64,000 nucleotides of DNA from Promethearchaeota archaeon (GCA_016839705.1 JAEOTR010000006.1:46802-110801), one strand, 5' to 3'; counted from the first letter of the stretch, positions 1 to 10,852 are shown. Notes: generated from the letters alone by a model not told the origin. Translations and numbers: made by a program.

Positions 1-313
1 CTAATTTAAAAAGAGTTTCTATTTTGAGTAGGTCAAAAACCAAAAAGATTCCACTTGCACCTGAAATATAATATCCAAATAATGATTTAAATTGCTCTTG
101 ACCTCCAAAATCCCATATTGAAAGACGAGCAAAAGAATCATCACCTTTAACTACAATAGGAATATCATATGTATAAAAATCTATACCAACAGTAAGTTTG
201 GTGTCAGCATTAAATGTGTTGAAGCACAACCTCCTAGCCATGCAAGTTTTTCCTACACCACCACTACCAACTAAGCAGATTTTAAATACATATTTTAATT
301 GTTTGTCTTCCAT
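1..313 (-). CDS. Rab/Ras-like small GTPase (3' end runs off the window)
   Basis: Manual translation from ATG at 313: MEDKQLKYVFKICLVGSGGVGKTC...TVGIDF...SIWDFGGQEQF, giving G1, G2 and G3 motifs. Not in the ORF track. Confidence 0.9.
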   Translation of the reverse strand, partial: MEDKQLKYVFKICLVGSGGVGKTCMARRLCFNTFNADTKLTVGIDFYTYDIPIVVKGDDSFARLSIWDFGGQEQFKSLFGYYISGASGIFLVFDLLKIETLFKL

Positions 314-490
314 AATTGTCCCCTACGCTAACCGTTTTAATATAAATTTTCAAATGAAAATAGAATTTTTAATATAATTCAATAGAAAAAACGCTTTTAT
401 TTATATCTTTGATATTTAAAATTGACTGTATTATTCTGTTTTTGAATGAAAATATTTGGTGTTTATTAAATTTTGTAATAATAGGAAGCA

Positions 491-1081
491 TTATAATTTT
501 CTACATAATAATTCTCCTTTCCCTATAGGAACTATAAGTGCATCTACTCGATCATCACTTAAAGCTTTTTCCAACATAGGCTTTAAAGTTTCGTAATGAT
601 TAATTGCATTATCGGCTATAAGAATTCCTCCTTTAACCAAGTTAGGAATTACCATGTCATAACACTCACCATAGACCTCTTTTTCAGCGTCTAAAAAACA
701 GAAAGAAATATCAGTATAATTTTTTAAATAATTCCTAGCGTCACCTGAGATTAATTCAATGTAATCCTCCATATCAGTTTCCTTAAATGTCTCTTTTGCT
801 AATTTCACTTTATCTTCCAATAATTCAAAAGTAGTAATTGTAGTTCCTTTTAATTTGCACGCAAAAGCTATCCATAACGTCGAGTAACCTGCACTCGTTC
901 CAATTTCAATAAACTTCCCCTCAGGCGCGGATGCTGCTAAGATTGAAATGAATTTTCCTGTTTCAGGTGGAATTTGGCGTAACCTCTTTAAACGTGGAGT
1001 TCCATCATTCCTATCCTTTGAATCAAGATCCTCAAGAAATTTCATTCTTTTTGTGATACTTTCTGGTACATTATGAAACAT
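491..1081 (-). CDS. O-methyltransferase (class I SAM-dependent)
   Basis: [13 protein letters not shown] motif, [14 protein letters not shown]. Confidence 0.85.
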   Translation of the reverse strand: MFHNVPESITKRMKFLEDLDSKDRNDGTPRLKRLRQIPPETGKFISILAASAPEGKFIEIGTSAGYSTLWIAFACKLKGTTITTFELLEDKVKLAKETFKETDMEDYIELISGDARNYLKNYTDISFCFLDAEKEVYGECYDMVIPNLVKGGILIADNAINHYETLKPMLEKALSDDRVDALIVPIGKGELLCRKL

Positions 1082-1110
1082 TAATAATCCTCTTTTAATT
1101 ATTATACATC

Positions 1111-2001
1111 CTATCTTAAATCAGGTATTACATTCTCAGCTATTTTTGTTAGATTTTGGACGTTTTTGGATTCAAAGAAGGGAAAATAAATAATAAATTC
1201 ATCAATTCCAATTTCAATATATTTATTTATTTCACATCTAAAATTCTCTTCTGAATCTAGAATTGTACGACCATGGCGGGTATAAAACATTAAAGAACGA
1301 CGTAGTGTATCTGGATTTCTATTAAGTTCTTTGCAATATTTATCTATCAACTCAACCCGTTTTTTAGTGTTTTCAAAAATCTTTTCTGCAGGAGCTCGCC
1401 AGTCTTCTGATCCAAACGAATTCCATGTATCCGCATACTTAGCTGCAACTTTCAGCATGGTGTTTCCCATCGCAGCAATGACCATTGGTGGTCGAGGTTT
1501 TTGAATTGTTGGCGGATTCATTGCAGCATTATCTAATTTATAATATTTTCCCTCATAACTGGAAACACTCTGACGCAGGAGCCTATCTATTATTTCTACT
1601 TGATCTTTAAATCGATCAACTCGTTCTGAACCTTGCCAATCTTCAATCTTGAGCATGTTATGAACAGGATCTCTTCTACCACCTGTACCTAAGCCTATTT
1701 CTAATCTTCCATTAGATATATGGTCAACAGTAAGGGCTTGTCGTGCTAACACAGCCGGTCTGCGTAATGGCATTGAAGTCACCAATGTTCCAAGTCTTAC
1801 TCGTTCAGTAACAACAGCGAGAGAAGCTAAAAGTGTCCAAGATTCAAACCAGTTCCCGGTATGATTTACGGGATCTGTAAAGTGATCTCCTAACCATATA
1901 CTATCAAACCCCAAACTCTCAATTAATCTCCATCGTTTGACTTCCTTTTCCCAAGGAAGGATCTGACTCGTAAATACTCCAAATCGAATTTTATTCCCCA
2001 T
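1111..2001 (-). CDS. LLM-class (luciferase-like) flavin/F420-dependent oxidoreductase
   Basis: [39 protein letters not shown]. Confidence 0.85.
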   Translation of the reverse strand: MGNKIRFGVFTSQILPWEKEVKRWRLIESLGFDSIWLGDHFTDPVNHTGNWFESWTLLASLAVVTERVRLGTLVTSMPLRRPAVLARQALTVDHISNGRLEIGLGTGGRRDPVHNMLKIEDWQGSERVDRFKDQVEIIDRLLRQSVSSYEGKYYKLDNAAMNPPTIQKPRPPMVIAAMGNTMLKVAAKYADTWNSFGSEDWRAPAEKIFENTKKRVELIDKYCKELNRNPDTLRRSLMFYTRHGRTILDSEENFRCEINKYIEIGIDEFIIYFPFFESKNVQNLTKIAENVIPDLR

Positions 2002-2172
2002 TTTAAATTCCTTTAATGTTTTAATTTGATTTATATAACATCATTTCAATGAAAAGTTTTTACTTTTAGTGACCCCTCCCTTCCTTTTTAAAAGACGTAA
2101 AACAATAATTACTACTTCGATTTAAATAATAAGATAAAATTTTAGTAAAAAATGCAAGATAGGTGTTAATTA

Positions 2173-2427
2173 GTGGGGTATATCAAAGAAACTGCTGATG
2201 TAGTAAAGGACTCGTTAAAAGGGTTTACTAGCAAGAAAAAATTTAAAAAGTTAATAGATAATATGATCTTCGCGATAGAAACTAATACCGTGAGTAAATA
2301 CTTTTTTTATAAATATAGGATTTTAGAAGAATTAGCATCATTTATTACTTTAAAAAAAGATAGAGATAAAGATTATTTAAGAAAATATGAAAGAGTGAAA
2401 CATTACTATAAAGAACACTTTTATTAA
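2173..2427 (+). CDS. hypothetical protein
   Basis: 84-codon ORF filling the gap, GTG start with AGGTG upstream; no recognisable motif. Confidence 0.5.
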   Translation: MGYIKETADVVKDSLKGFTSKKKFKKLIDNMIFAIETNTVSKYFFYKYRILEELASFITLKKDRDKDYLRKYERVKHYYKEHFY

Positions 2428-2458
2428 CTTGCCAATTAGACGTAAAACTTATTATCTC

Positions 2459-3583
2459 TTAACTATGAGTTAATATCTCCATTAAAGCTCTAGGAATTTC
2501 TTTATAATCGGTTACAGCATAAAATTTTCCTCTCCCTGCATCTGCTATCTCTCGACATGTTTTAATCCCTTGAGCAGCATCATTTTCAGCCGGCATACCA
2601 ATGACATGCAACTTTGGAAAGAGCTTTGCGATTTCAATTGGATTCTTTCCTCTATTAAATACACCATCCGAGATTAAAATGCCGAACCGACTTTTCCTCT
2701 CTTCTCTTGTTTTATTCAATTCGCTTAATCCTTTTTCAAGACCTAATTGAATATTAGTAAAACCAACTGCTTCTGAATCTAAGATATCATCTATGATTTT
2801 AAGAGTTGTTTTTTTTTGGTTGATTTTTTTTAATGTCATCGCTGTTGAATTGAATAAAACGATAGCATAATCTTCTTTTTCCATATTATATGCTAAAACC
2901 GAGGTCGTAAGGGCTGCATTCAATAAAAGACGACCATACATACTCCCACTTGTATCCAATATTAGCACTATTTTTCTTTTCTGTCGTTTCCTTACAATCC
3001 CAAAGATATCTTTATAGCTTAAATTTTTATCATGAATCTTTAGGGGATTATGTTGGATTGTCTCATCCAAACTAAATTCAGGCATTCCAATTTGATAATA
3101 GGGTACTGATCTTTTAAATTGGCCTCTTATCCCTTTACTAGTTATCTTTAGTGATAACTTTAATATGCTCTGACGAGCGAGACGTCTAAAAATTGCCTTA
3201 TACTTTGGAGATATTGGACGCCTGATAAAAAAATAAACTTCTGGCATAAAATCTCCTTGATTTTTAACCTTTTCAGAGAGAAATCTTACTCCGTCTTCAG
3301 TATCCAAAATGTCAGTTGCTGCGTAAACATTTGCTTTTAGAAGTCCCATTACTGCATCCAAGTTGTCGGAGGCTATCGCTAACTGAGTTAACCTTTTAAT
3401 TGTTTTATAATCAAGAGTATCGGCAAGGTGTTTGTAATATTCAGGTTTTTTCCTTTTTTTTCTCGCTATCTCATATTCTAATACATCTTCATTTTGCCTA
3501 CTTTCCGTAAGTCTAACATGCAGTTTTTTCTCAATCTCCTCGGATCCCTCCGCAGAGAAATCATCGATTATTGAAAATCTGAT
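2459..3583 (-). CDS. VWA-domain protein (CoxE-like MoxR partner); frame open to 3583, first canonical start only at 3361
   Basis: MIDAS motif DTSGSM, GFTNI, ISDG. The 74 upstream sense codons have no ATG/GTG/TTG and overlap the MoxR stop in the -1 frame. Confidence 0.85.
   Translation of the reverse strand: MRFSIIDDFSAEGSEEIEKKLHVRLTESRQNEDVLEYEIARKKRKKPEYYKHLADTLDYKTIKRLTQLAIASDNLDAVMGLLKANVYAATDILDTEDGVRFLSEKVKNQGDFMPEVYFFIRRPISPKYKAIFRRLARQSILKLSLKITSKGIRGQFKRSVPYYQIGMPEFSLDETIQHNPLKIHDKNLSYKDIFGIVRKRQKRKIVLILDTSGSMYGRLLLNAALTTSVLAYNMEKEDYAIVLFNSTAMTLKKINQKKTTLKIIDDILDSEAVGFTNIQLGLEKGLSELNKTREERKSRFGILISDGVFNRGKNPIEIAKLFPKLHVIGMPAENDAAQGIKTCREIADAGRGKFYAVTDYKEIPRALMEILTHS
3533..3580 (-). 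other. candidate -1 ribosomal frameshift signal (A-GAT-TTT plus downstream GC-rich hairpin)
   Basis: Minus strand A GAT TTT CAA TAA, then GATTTCTCTGCGGA-GGGA-TCCGAGGAGATT hairpin with a GNRA loop. Confidence 0.5.
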
Positions 3584-4440
3584 TTATTCAACACAGCTAA
3601 AACAATACTAGTAATAACTTCTTTTTTTGATTGAGTTAATCCATCTTCCAATTCGATTTTATTATGTAGTGACATCACTGCAGCTTCGATCCAATTGCTT
3701 GAGCTATCAGAATTATTATATTGGTTTATTAATGTGGCTAAATCAATAGCACCTCTAATTGAACTCCCTCTTCGGATTGAAATTGTCTCTCTAGTGGCTT
3801 GTATAATATTCTGAGATATTTTCGTTATTTTTTCCGAATTTACATTCGCTTCCTGTTTGATTATTTGAATTTCTTCTTCTGGACTTTGATAATCTAAATT
3901 AATCCAGATGAAGCGATCAATTAAAGCCTCACCTAAAACAGTAACTCCAACATGAGCAGCAGGATTTTGAGTGGCAACTACAAAAAAATCTTTATGAGCT
4001 TTAATTGTATCTAATTTAGGGATTTCGAGTATACCCTCGTCTAGAGCAGTTAACAAGGAATTTTGTGTATTTTCTGGCATTCTATTAATTTCATTTATAA
4101 ATAAGCATCCACCATTAAGCATTGCTAAAGCTAAAGGGCCATATTTGTAAGAATCTTCGTTATATCCTTTCGCAATTACGAGAGGAGGTTCATAATAACC
4201 AACAAGATTATGCGGGAGTAACTCTTCACTACAATCGACTCTATAAAAACTAGAATCATCAGAACCATAAAATTTGGTTATAGCCCTAGCCAGCGTAGTT
4301 TTTCCGACACCTACATTCCCTTCTAATAAGATATTCTTACCTACTGAATGAGCTAACACAATTTGTTTTAGTTCTTCTGTTCGACCTATGATTTTAAATT
4401 TCTTTTGTATTTCTGACACTAAGCTGGTCGTATCAACCAT
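3568..4440 (-). CDS. MoxR-family AAA+ ATPase
   Basis: Walker A GNVGVGKT, Walker B variant LFINEINR, ATQNP, ALIDRF. Confidence 0.9.
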   Translation of the reverse strand: MVDTTSLVSEIQKKFKIIGRTEELKQIVLAHSVGKNILLEGNVGVGKTTLARAITKFYGSDDSSFYRVDCSEELLPHNLVGYYEPPLVIAKGYNEDSYKYGPLALAMLNGGCLFINEINRMPENTQNSLLTALDEGILEIPKLDTIKAHKDFFVVATQNPAAHVGVTVLGEALIDRFIWINLDYQSPEEEIQIIKQEANVNSEKITKISQNIIQATRETISIRRGSSIRGAIDLATLINQYNNSDSSSNWIEAAVMSLHNKIELEDGLTQSKKEVITSIVLAVLNKSDFQ

Positions 4441-4558
4441 ATTTTTTAGAATTAATCCTTTCTAAAATAATTTTAGTTTATGAGATAATAGACTAAGACA
4501 TAAATTCAGAATTAACTTATACTTACATAGGGTAAAAATTAAGAAAGATAAAAAAAAT

Positions 4559-5485
4559 TTAATCTAAAGAAAGTTTAGTTTGATTTTCTCCTTCTAGCTC
4601 CATTAGTAAAATAGAACTTGTACGTTTCCATAATTTCAATGAAATAACACCAATTGAAATTAGTATACTTGGATAAATTATTATTTCTAGCAAAGTAGGA
4701 TTTGCGTTATAACCAAATAATGCTTTTAACAGCGATCCAATAATTTCAAGCCATTCTGGGGTTAATGGATTACCATCAGGAAATTTTTCAGGTAAAATAT
4801 GTTTAATATTCCATACTTCTTGGATGATTGGATTTACTACTCCCGCCTCTATTAATTCATGGATTCCGTATGTGATTAAGCCAGCTACAAACAATATAAA
4901 AATAATATTTGTTACTTTGAAAAACTTGGCTAAATTAATATTTTTCACCCCATAATAAATTAATAATCCTAAACCAACCGAAAAACTAAGACCTGTTAAA
5001 GAACTTAATATGACATCTACCTGATTCAGAGAGCCAACAGAGGTTGCTCCTGTGAGCAGAAGGACTAATTCTATTCCTTCACGAATAATAATTATGTAGG
5101 TAAGTATTGCTATTGATATAACTCTTCCAGACTCAATTGAAAACTCAACTTTTTCTTCAAGATGTTTCTTCATTTTAGGTCCCTCCTTGCTCATCCATAA
5201 CACTAAAGTCACCACAAAAATTCCAGATATAATGAAAGCAATGCCTTCAAAGATTTGCTCTGCTGGACCAGAAAATCCTCCAAATACAGTTGTAAATACA
5301 ATCGCAAAGAAAATACTTGAAATGATAGCTAACGTACTTCCAATAAAGACATACTTATAATAAAATCGTTGATCAGTATTTTTTAAATATAAGAGTATTA
5401 TAACTATTACTAATACTGCTTCTATTCCTTCTCGAAACGCCAGAAAAATTGGAACCATTAGATCTACAATTGACATAAAAATCAT
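4559..5485 (-). CDS. FTR1-family iron permease
   Basis: Two REGxE motifs (FREGIE, IREGIE), multiple TM helices, LFGYNANP. Confidence 0.9.
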   Translation of the reverse strand: MIFMSIVDLMVPIFLAFREGIEAVLVIVIILLYLKNTDQRFYYKYVFIGSTLAIISSIFFAIVFTTVFGGFSGPAEQIFEGIAFIISGIFVVTLVLWMSKEGPKMKKHLEEKVEFSIESGRVISIAILTYIIIIREGIELVLLLTGATSVGSLNQVDVILSSLTGLSFSVGLGLLIYYGVKNINLAKFFKVTNIIFILFVAGLITYGIHELIEAGVVNPIIQEVWNIKHILPEKFPDGNPLTPEWLEIIGSLLKALFGYNANPTLLEIIIYPSILISIGVISLKLWKRTSSILLMELEGENQTKLSLD

Positions 5486-5545
5486 CTTTTAACTATATTT
5501 TTTATAATTTTTCATGTTGAACCTATTATTTTTCTTATTTAAACG

Positions 5546-5559
5546 TTAGGGTTATCTAA
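5546..5559. promoter_or_regulatory. candidate DtxR-family metal repressor operator
   Basis: TTAGG-GTTA-TCTAA imperfect palindrome just upstream of a minus-strand TTTAAATA box (5543-5536) of the iron permease. Confidence 0.45.
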
Positions 5560-5789
5560 TATTAACAAGATTTTCTCCTAAAATGTGATGGATCTAAATT
5601 AATTCTCAGAATATTAAGATTATAAGATCAAATTTAAATAATTTTCTATAAGATTTACCTGAAAAAGCCTAGTAAATAAACATAAAGAGAGGAATGATTA
5701 AAAATTCCTCTTTCTAGCTCCTTTTTTGAATTTATTTTGCTGTTCGACCAGATTAAAGGTTTTTAAACCTTGAAACAGAAATATTAATT

Positions 5790-7286
5790 ATGGAAAAATC
5801 AAATATTATTGAAACTAAAACCGGAAAAATCCAAGGATATAAAGAAGAAGGATTAGAAATCTTCAAGGGAATTCCATTTGCAGAACCCCCTATTGGGAAA
5901 TTACGCTTTTCTCCACCCGTTAAAAAGCAATCATGGGATGGAGTACTTAAAGCCACAGAATATGGTCCTTGTTCATTTCAAGGACATTCTGAACTTGAAC
6001 AGTATCTCGGTAAGCTTGAACCAGAAAGTGAGGATTGCTTGACTCTCAACATCTGGACTCCCGCAACAGACAGCGGAAAACGTCCAGTAATGTTTTGGAT
6101 TCATGGAGGGGCTTTTATGATAGGAGGTGGGACTGATCCAATGTATGATGGCTCAGCTTTGGCTCTAAGAGGTGATATAATAGTCGTTACCATTAATTAT
6201 AGACTTGGATCTTTTGGGTTCTTATATAGTAAGAGCATACCACCGAATCTAGGTTCTCAAGATCAATTGATGGCTCTAAAATGGGTACATGAGAATATTA
6301 TGTCATTTGGTGGTGATCCTTCGAATATTACTATTTTTGGTGAATCTGCAGGGGGATATTCCGTCCTAACTTTGTGTACAATGCCTAAAGCAAAGGATCT
6401 TTTTCACAGAGTTATTGCCCAGAGTGCCCCTTTTATTGATACTAAAGTTAGTGATGAGACTTCCAATAAGATTTTGAGTAAACTTCACATTATTGAAGGT
6501 GATATTGATTCATTACGAGAAGTTCCACCAGAAAAAATCATTGAAGCACAAAATCAAGTTACTGCCTCTCTACCTACAGATGTCATGGCTTTAAGGCCTT
6601 TAATCATTGGAGATACGTTCCCAAAACATCCATTAAAAGCCTTTCTAAACGGAGAGTGTGCAGATATCGATTTCATGATTGGTACCAACCTTGATGAATT
6701 TAAATTATATACAGCTATGGAACCTTTTAAATCGATGGTCGAAGGTAATTCTGAGAATTTATTAGTTGGATTTTTAGGATCGTTGGGGATCAAAACAAAA
6801 GAAGGGACGGAAATAATAAAAACATATATAGAAGCAAGAGAAGGAAAATATTCCACAAAACCACTAGATGTCTTCACAGCTATTATCACAGACTTTGCAT
6901 TCCGTATCCGTACGATACGTTTACTTGAAGCTCAGAAGAAATTTCAACCTAACACCTACAACTATATGTTTACTTGGCCTTCGCCAGGATTGAATGGTAT
7001 TTTAGGAGCATGTCATTCACTCGAGATACCTTTTGTTTTTGGGACATTGGATTCCCCGACCCTAAAAGAATTCGTTAAAGGTGCACCGAAAGAATTATCC
7101 GATAAGATGATGGATGCTTGGATTAGTTTTGCGAAAACAGGAAATCCAAATCATGGAAATATCCCTATTTGGCCTGCTTATGATACTAAGATGCGTGCAA
7201 CCATGATTTTTGGAGAAGAATGTAAAGTAGAGGAAGCCCTTTTTGACAAAGAAAGAACAGCTTGGGAGGGTTTGCTAGAAATTTAA
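5790..7286 (+). CDS. type-B carboxylesterase/lipase
   Basis: FKGIPFA, SEDCLTLNIW, WIHGGAF, GESAG nucleophile, ACHSLE. Confidence 0.92.
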   Translation: MEKSNIIETKTGKIQGYKEEGLEIFKGIPFAEPPIGKLRFSPPVKKQSWDGVLKATEYGPCSFQGHSELEQYLGKLEPESEDCLTLNIWTPATDSGKRPVMFWIHGGAFMIGGGTDPMYDGSALALRGDIIVVTINYRLGSFGFLYSKSIPPNLGSQDQLMALKWVHENIMSFGGDPSNITIFGESAGGYSVLTLCTMPKAKDLFHRVIAQSAPFIDTKVSDETSNKILSKLHIIEGDIDSLREVPPEKIIEAQNQVTASLPTDVMALRPLIIGDTFPKHPLKAFLNGECADIDFMIGTNLDEFKLYTAMEPFKSMVEGNSENLLVGFLGSLGIKTKEGTEIIKTYIEAREGKYSTKPLDVFTAIITDFAFRIRTIRLLEAQKKFQPNTYNYMFTWPSPGLNGILGACHSLEIPFVFGTLDSPTLKEFVKGAPKELSDKMMDAWISFAKTGNPNHGNIPIWPAYDTKMRATMIFGEECKVEEALFDKERTAWEGLLEI

Positions 7287-7294
7287 ATTTCTTT

Positions 7295-8551
7295 TTACCT
7301 AGGGAAAAGTTTCACGATTACCTTTTCCCCTTTTTTTAATCCTTCTTGATGTGGGGGGATTTCAACAATACCATCAGACTTTGTTAGCGAACTAATAACC
7401 CCCGATCCTTTAAGTTTTACAGGGATAGCAACTAATTTATCTTCAGATTTTTTAATATCTACCCTTAAATGATGAAGATAACCAAGACCGGAAACAGGAA
7501 CATCTCTACTGATCTCTACTATTATTTCAGATCTTGGATCAAGGAGAGAACAACCCATTATACCTCTTATTGCTACACCTGCCATTTTTAAAAAGGAAAC
7601 ATAGGCTGCAACCGGAGTTCCTGGTAAACAAAATACCAAACTCTCATTTAATAAACCAGTTAACACGGGTGCTCCCGGTCTTTGGGCAATTCCGTGAGTT
7701 AAAATTACACCTGATTCTTTAATAACTTCAGGAAGATAATCTTTAGTCCCTACAGAAGTACCTCCTGTGAAAATTATAATCTGAGAGTCTTCTGCGGCTT
7801 CAATTAGTTTCTTTTTAATATAGTTTAAATCATCTTTAACAGTTTCACCTCGAATAACTTCGCCACCGTATAGATGCACTAACGCGGAAATCATTGGAGT
7901 GTTTGAATTGTAAATTTTCCCAGGAATTAAAATATCACCGGGCTCAAGTAATTCATCTCCAGATGAAAAAACACTAACTTTGGGTTTAGTAACCACTTTA
8001 ATACTCTTAAATCCTAATGAAGTTAAAAGTGCAATATGTTCAGCTTTTAATTCTGTACCCTTATTTAAAACTTGAGTCCCTTTATTGATATCCTCTCCTT
8101 TCTTGGAAACATTTTTTCCCGGAGGAAGAGAAATATATAGACTTATTAGGTTATTTTCAATTTCTGTATCTTCAATTTTAACAACAGAATCAGCACCTAC
8201 TGGAATAGGAGCCCCAGTGGAAATTCTGATGCCCTCACCCTTTTTAAGTTTTAGAAAGGAAGACTCACCAATTTCTATTGTCCCAACAAGTTTAATTTCT
8301 TTTGGGTTTTTAGTAGAAGCCCCGAATGAATCTTCCGCTTGAATCGCATAACCATCCATTGCGGATCGATCAAAAGGAGGAATATCCATTCCGCTCATAA
8401 TATCAACAGCTAGTACACGGTTTAGTGAGGAATTTATTTCAACTTCTTCGATTGGATTTATTTTGATGTGAGAAAAAAGTATTTCGAGGGCTTCTGAGAC
8501 CGATGTTAATTTTGAAAATCCTATTTTTCTGAGTTTTTCCATTTCCATCAC
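7295..8551 (-). CDS. moeA: molybdopterin molybdo/tungsto-transferase MoeA
   Basis: PPFDRSAMDGYA, STGAPIP, SSGDEL, TGGTSVG, LPGTP. Confidence 0.93.
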   Translation of the reverse strand: MMEMEKLRKIGFSKLTSVSEALEILFSHIKINPIEEVEINSSLNRVLAVDIMSGMDIPPFDRSAMDGYAIQAEDSFGASTKNPKEIKLVGTIEIGESSFLKLKKGEGIRISTGAPIPVGADSVVKIEDTEIENNLISLYISLPPGKNVSKKGEDINKGTQVLNKGTELKAEHIALLTSLGFKSIKVVTKPKVSVFSSGDELLEPGDILIPGKIYNSNTPMISALVHLYGGEVIRGETVKDDLNYIKKKLIEAAEDSQIIIFTGGTSVGTKDYLPEVIKESGVILTHGIAQRPGAPVLTGLLNESLVFCLPGTPVAAYVSFLKMAGVAIRGIMGCSLLDPRSEIIVEISRDVPVSGLGYLHHLRVDIKKSEDKLVAIPVKLKGSGVISSLTKSDGIVEIPPHQEGLKKGEKVIVKLFPR

Positions 8552-9108
8552 TCCTCTTTATTAATAATATAAAGTATATGTCCAATTTCGGGTATAATTA
8601 ATGCTTCTAATGCTAATTTTACAGCTCTCGGTGATCCTGGAAGCAAAAAGATAGCCTTATTTTTCTTCTTGCTTTCTAATATTCCGGCGACAGCTCTTGA
8701 TAACATAGCAGAAGATCCAATTTCATTATATGAAATATTCCGAAAGAGCTCTCCAAATCCATTAATTTTTTTTTTAAGTCGAGGTTCTATAGTTTCATAT
8801 GTAATATCTTTTGGAGATAAACCCGTACCTCCACTGAAAATTATAGCATCAATGGCATCTTCTTTCATTATTCTAACCAAAATATCATTTAACTGCTCCT
8901 CTGAATCTGGTATTATCTCTGCAAAGTCTAATGAAATCGATGATTCCTTATCGAATATCTTTTTCACAATAGGTATTGTTTTATCTGAAGTTACCCGGTT
9001 AAGCTTGAGCTCTTCATATCGACTTGTACTCACCACCACTAAAGCAAAAATAACCTTCTCTGGAGCTTTTTTTTTATGTTCCTCGTGCACTTTTAGTTTT
9101 TTCTTCAT
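8548..9108 (-). CDS. moaB: molybdopterin adenylyltransferase MoaB/MogA
   Basis: SGGTGLSPKDIT, GFGELFR, LSRAVAG, LPGSP. Confidence 0.9.
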   Translation of the reverse strand: MKKKLKVHEEHKKKAPEKVIFALVVVSTSRYEELKLNRVTSDKTIPIVKKIFDKESSISLDFAEIIPDSEEQLNDILVRIMKEDAIDAIIFSGGTGLSPKDITYETIEPRLKKKINGFGELFRNISYNEIGSSAMLSRAVAGILESKKKNKAIFLLPGSPRAVKLALEALIIPEIGHILYIINKEE

Positions 9109-9143
9109 ACAACTCAGCCGACCACTTAATTTTAATTTAAATA

Positions 9144-10370
9144 TTAGAAGAAATACACCCTCCTTGTATCTCCTCTTTCTAAAACGGATTCTAGCTCTTC
9201 TATTTCAATATAGCCATCAGCAAGGAAAATTGTACTCATAGCTTCCGATCCAGTTTTTATCGGAAAAATTTTCTTATTCCCATTTTCTTCTTTAATCTTG
9301 ACCGCTTTGAATTCATGTCGTCCAACAGTGCTATATATTCTTTCTCCTAGTTCAAATTTTTTCGAAAATCTGTCTTTCAATGGATAACCTGAAAGCCTTC
9401 TCAGAAAATTATCAATAAAGACATAAAAACAGCTTAAAGCGGAAGTTGGATAACCTGGTAAAATAAATATTATTTTTTTCTTTAATTTTGTGAAGATAAT
9501 TGGCTTTCCTGGTTTTATTTTTACACCGTGAACCATTATTTCTATGTCATCATATTTTCCTAAGACTTGGGGGCCTAAATCTCCTTCACCTTTAGATGTT
9601 CCCCCGGATAAAATTACTATATCACTTATTTCTAAGGCTTTATCTAAAGCACTTTTTAATTCTTCATAATCATCATTAATGATCCCTAAATAGTTGACTA
9701 AAACTCCTGTATTTTCAATAGCCCTTTTTAATACCACAGAATTTACATCGTATATCTTGCCAATTTCTAAATTTTTAACATCTTGACTTACAATTTCATT
9801 ACCTGTGCTTAGAAGGGAAACTTTGGGTTGTTTAAATACCCACACTTCTTTACTTCCTGCTGAAGCTAGTATTCCCATTGTTGCTAAATCAACTAAAGAC
9901 TCTTTTTTGACTATTATGCTTTTCTCCTTTATATCATGACCGATTTCTATAATGTAAGTTCCGGGAGTCACCGCCTTAGAAATCAAAATGCTGTTTCCCT
10001 CTTTTTCTGTAAATTCAACCATCACAACACTGTTAGCATTTTCGGGTATAGCAGCCCCAGTTGCGACATATGAACACTGACCTTTAATCAAGCTTTTTTG
10101 AGGTATATCCCCTGCTTGAATTACTTCTATTAGTTCCAACTCAATAAAATTATCTTCTTCTGCCCCGAAAGTATTTTCTGCGATGCAAGCATACCCATCC
10201 ATGCGAGATTTTCGAAAGTGAGGGACATTAATTTCACTAATTACATCTCTTGAAATTATTCGATTAAAGCTTTCTTCAATATCGACTTTTTCTTCTTCAT
10301 TTCTTAAAATCGGGACCGATTCGAGGATTTCTTTAAATTCTTTTACTTTAATAGTTTTTAGAAATTTCAT
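9144..10370 (-). CDS. moeA: second MoeA paralogue
   Basis: SRMDGYA, ATGAAIP, STGNEI, SGGTSKG, IKPGKP, LPGYP. Confidence 0.92.
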   Translation of the reverse strand: MKFLKTIKVKEFKEILESVPILRNEEEKVDIEESFNRIISRDVISEINVPHFRKSRMDGYACIAENTFGAEEDNFIELELIEVIQAGDIPQKSLIKGQCSYVATGAAIPENANSVVMVEFTEKEGNSILISKAVTPGTYIIEIGHDIKEKSIIVKKESLVDLATMGILASAGSKEVWVFKQPKVSLLSTGNEIVSQDVKNLEIGKIYDVNSVVLKRAIENTGVLVNYLGIINDDYEELKSALDKALEISDIVILSGGTSKGEGDLGPQVLGKYDDIEIMVHGVKIKPGKPIIFTKLKKKIIFILPGYPTSALSCFYVFIDNFLRRLSGYPLKDRFSKKFELGERIYSTVGRHEFKAVKIKEENGNKKIFPIKTGSEAMSTIFLADGYIEIEELESVLERGDTRRVYFF

Positions 10371-10396
10371 TTAATTACCTTTGTATTGATACAATT

Positions 10397-10846
10397 TTAA
10401 TGAATCCAATCAGAAGAACCATCTTTATAATTTTCTTTTTTCCACACAGCGATCTCTTTTTTATACATGTCAACAGCCCTACTAATTACTTCAAATCCTT
10501 CCTTCCTATGTGCTGAAGTCACAACGACATAAACTAAATCCTCAGAAAGCTCAAATTCTCCTTTTAAATGAATGATTTTAATATCAATAATTCCCTTTAC
10601 TTGTTTCAATTTAGAACAAATTTTACTGATGCTTTCATTTGCTAGATCATCATAAGCATCGATTTTCATACTAATAACAGGTTTTCCCGTTTGAGAACTA
10701 CGCCTTACAATCCCCGTAAAAGTATGAATTGATCCTGCTTCCTCGATTTTGGGATCTTTTTTTATTGATTGAATAATACTCGTAAGATCAATCTCTCCCT
10801 TACTATAGATACCTGATTTAATTTCGGTTTTATTTTGAGTATTCAC
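10397..10846 (-). CDS. moaE: molybdopterin synthase catalytic subunit
   Basis: GSIHTFTGIVR, SAHRKEGF, WKKE. Confidence 0.9.
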   Translation of the reverse strand: MNTQNKTEIKSGIYSKGEIDLTSIIQSIKKDPKIEEAGSIHTFTGIVRRSSQTGKPVISMKIDAYDDLANESISKICSKLKQVKGIIDIKIIHLKGEFELSEDLVYVVVTSAHRKEGFEVISRAVDMYKKEIAVWKKENYKDGSSDWIH

Positions 10847-10852
10847 TTTGCC

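Noticed and set aside
3521-3583. BHB intron at the MoxR/VWA junction (CAAT/ATTG helix)
   Set aside because: Canonical cleavage would leave the MoxR TAA in exon 1, and the intron-side helix is only 1 bp.
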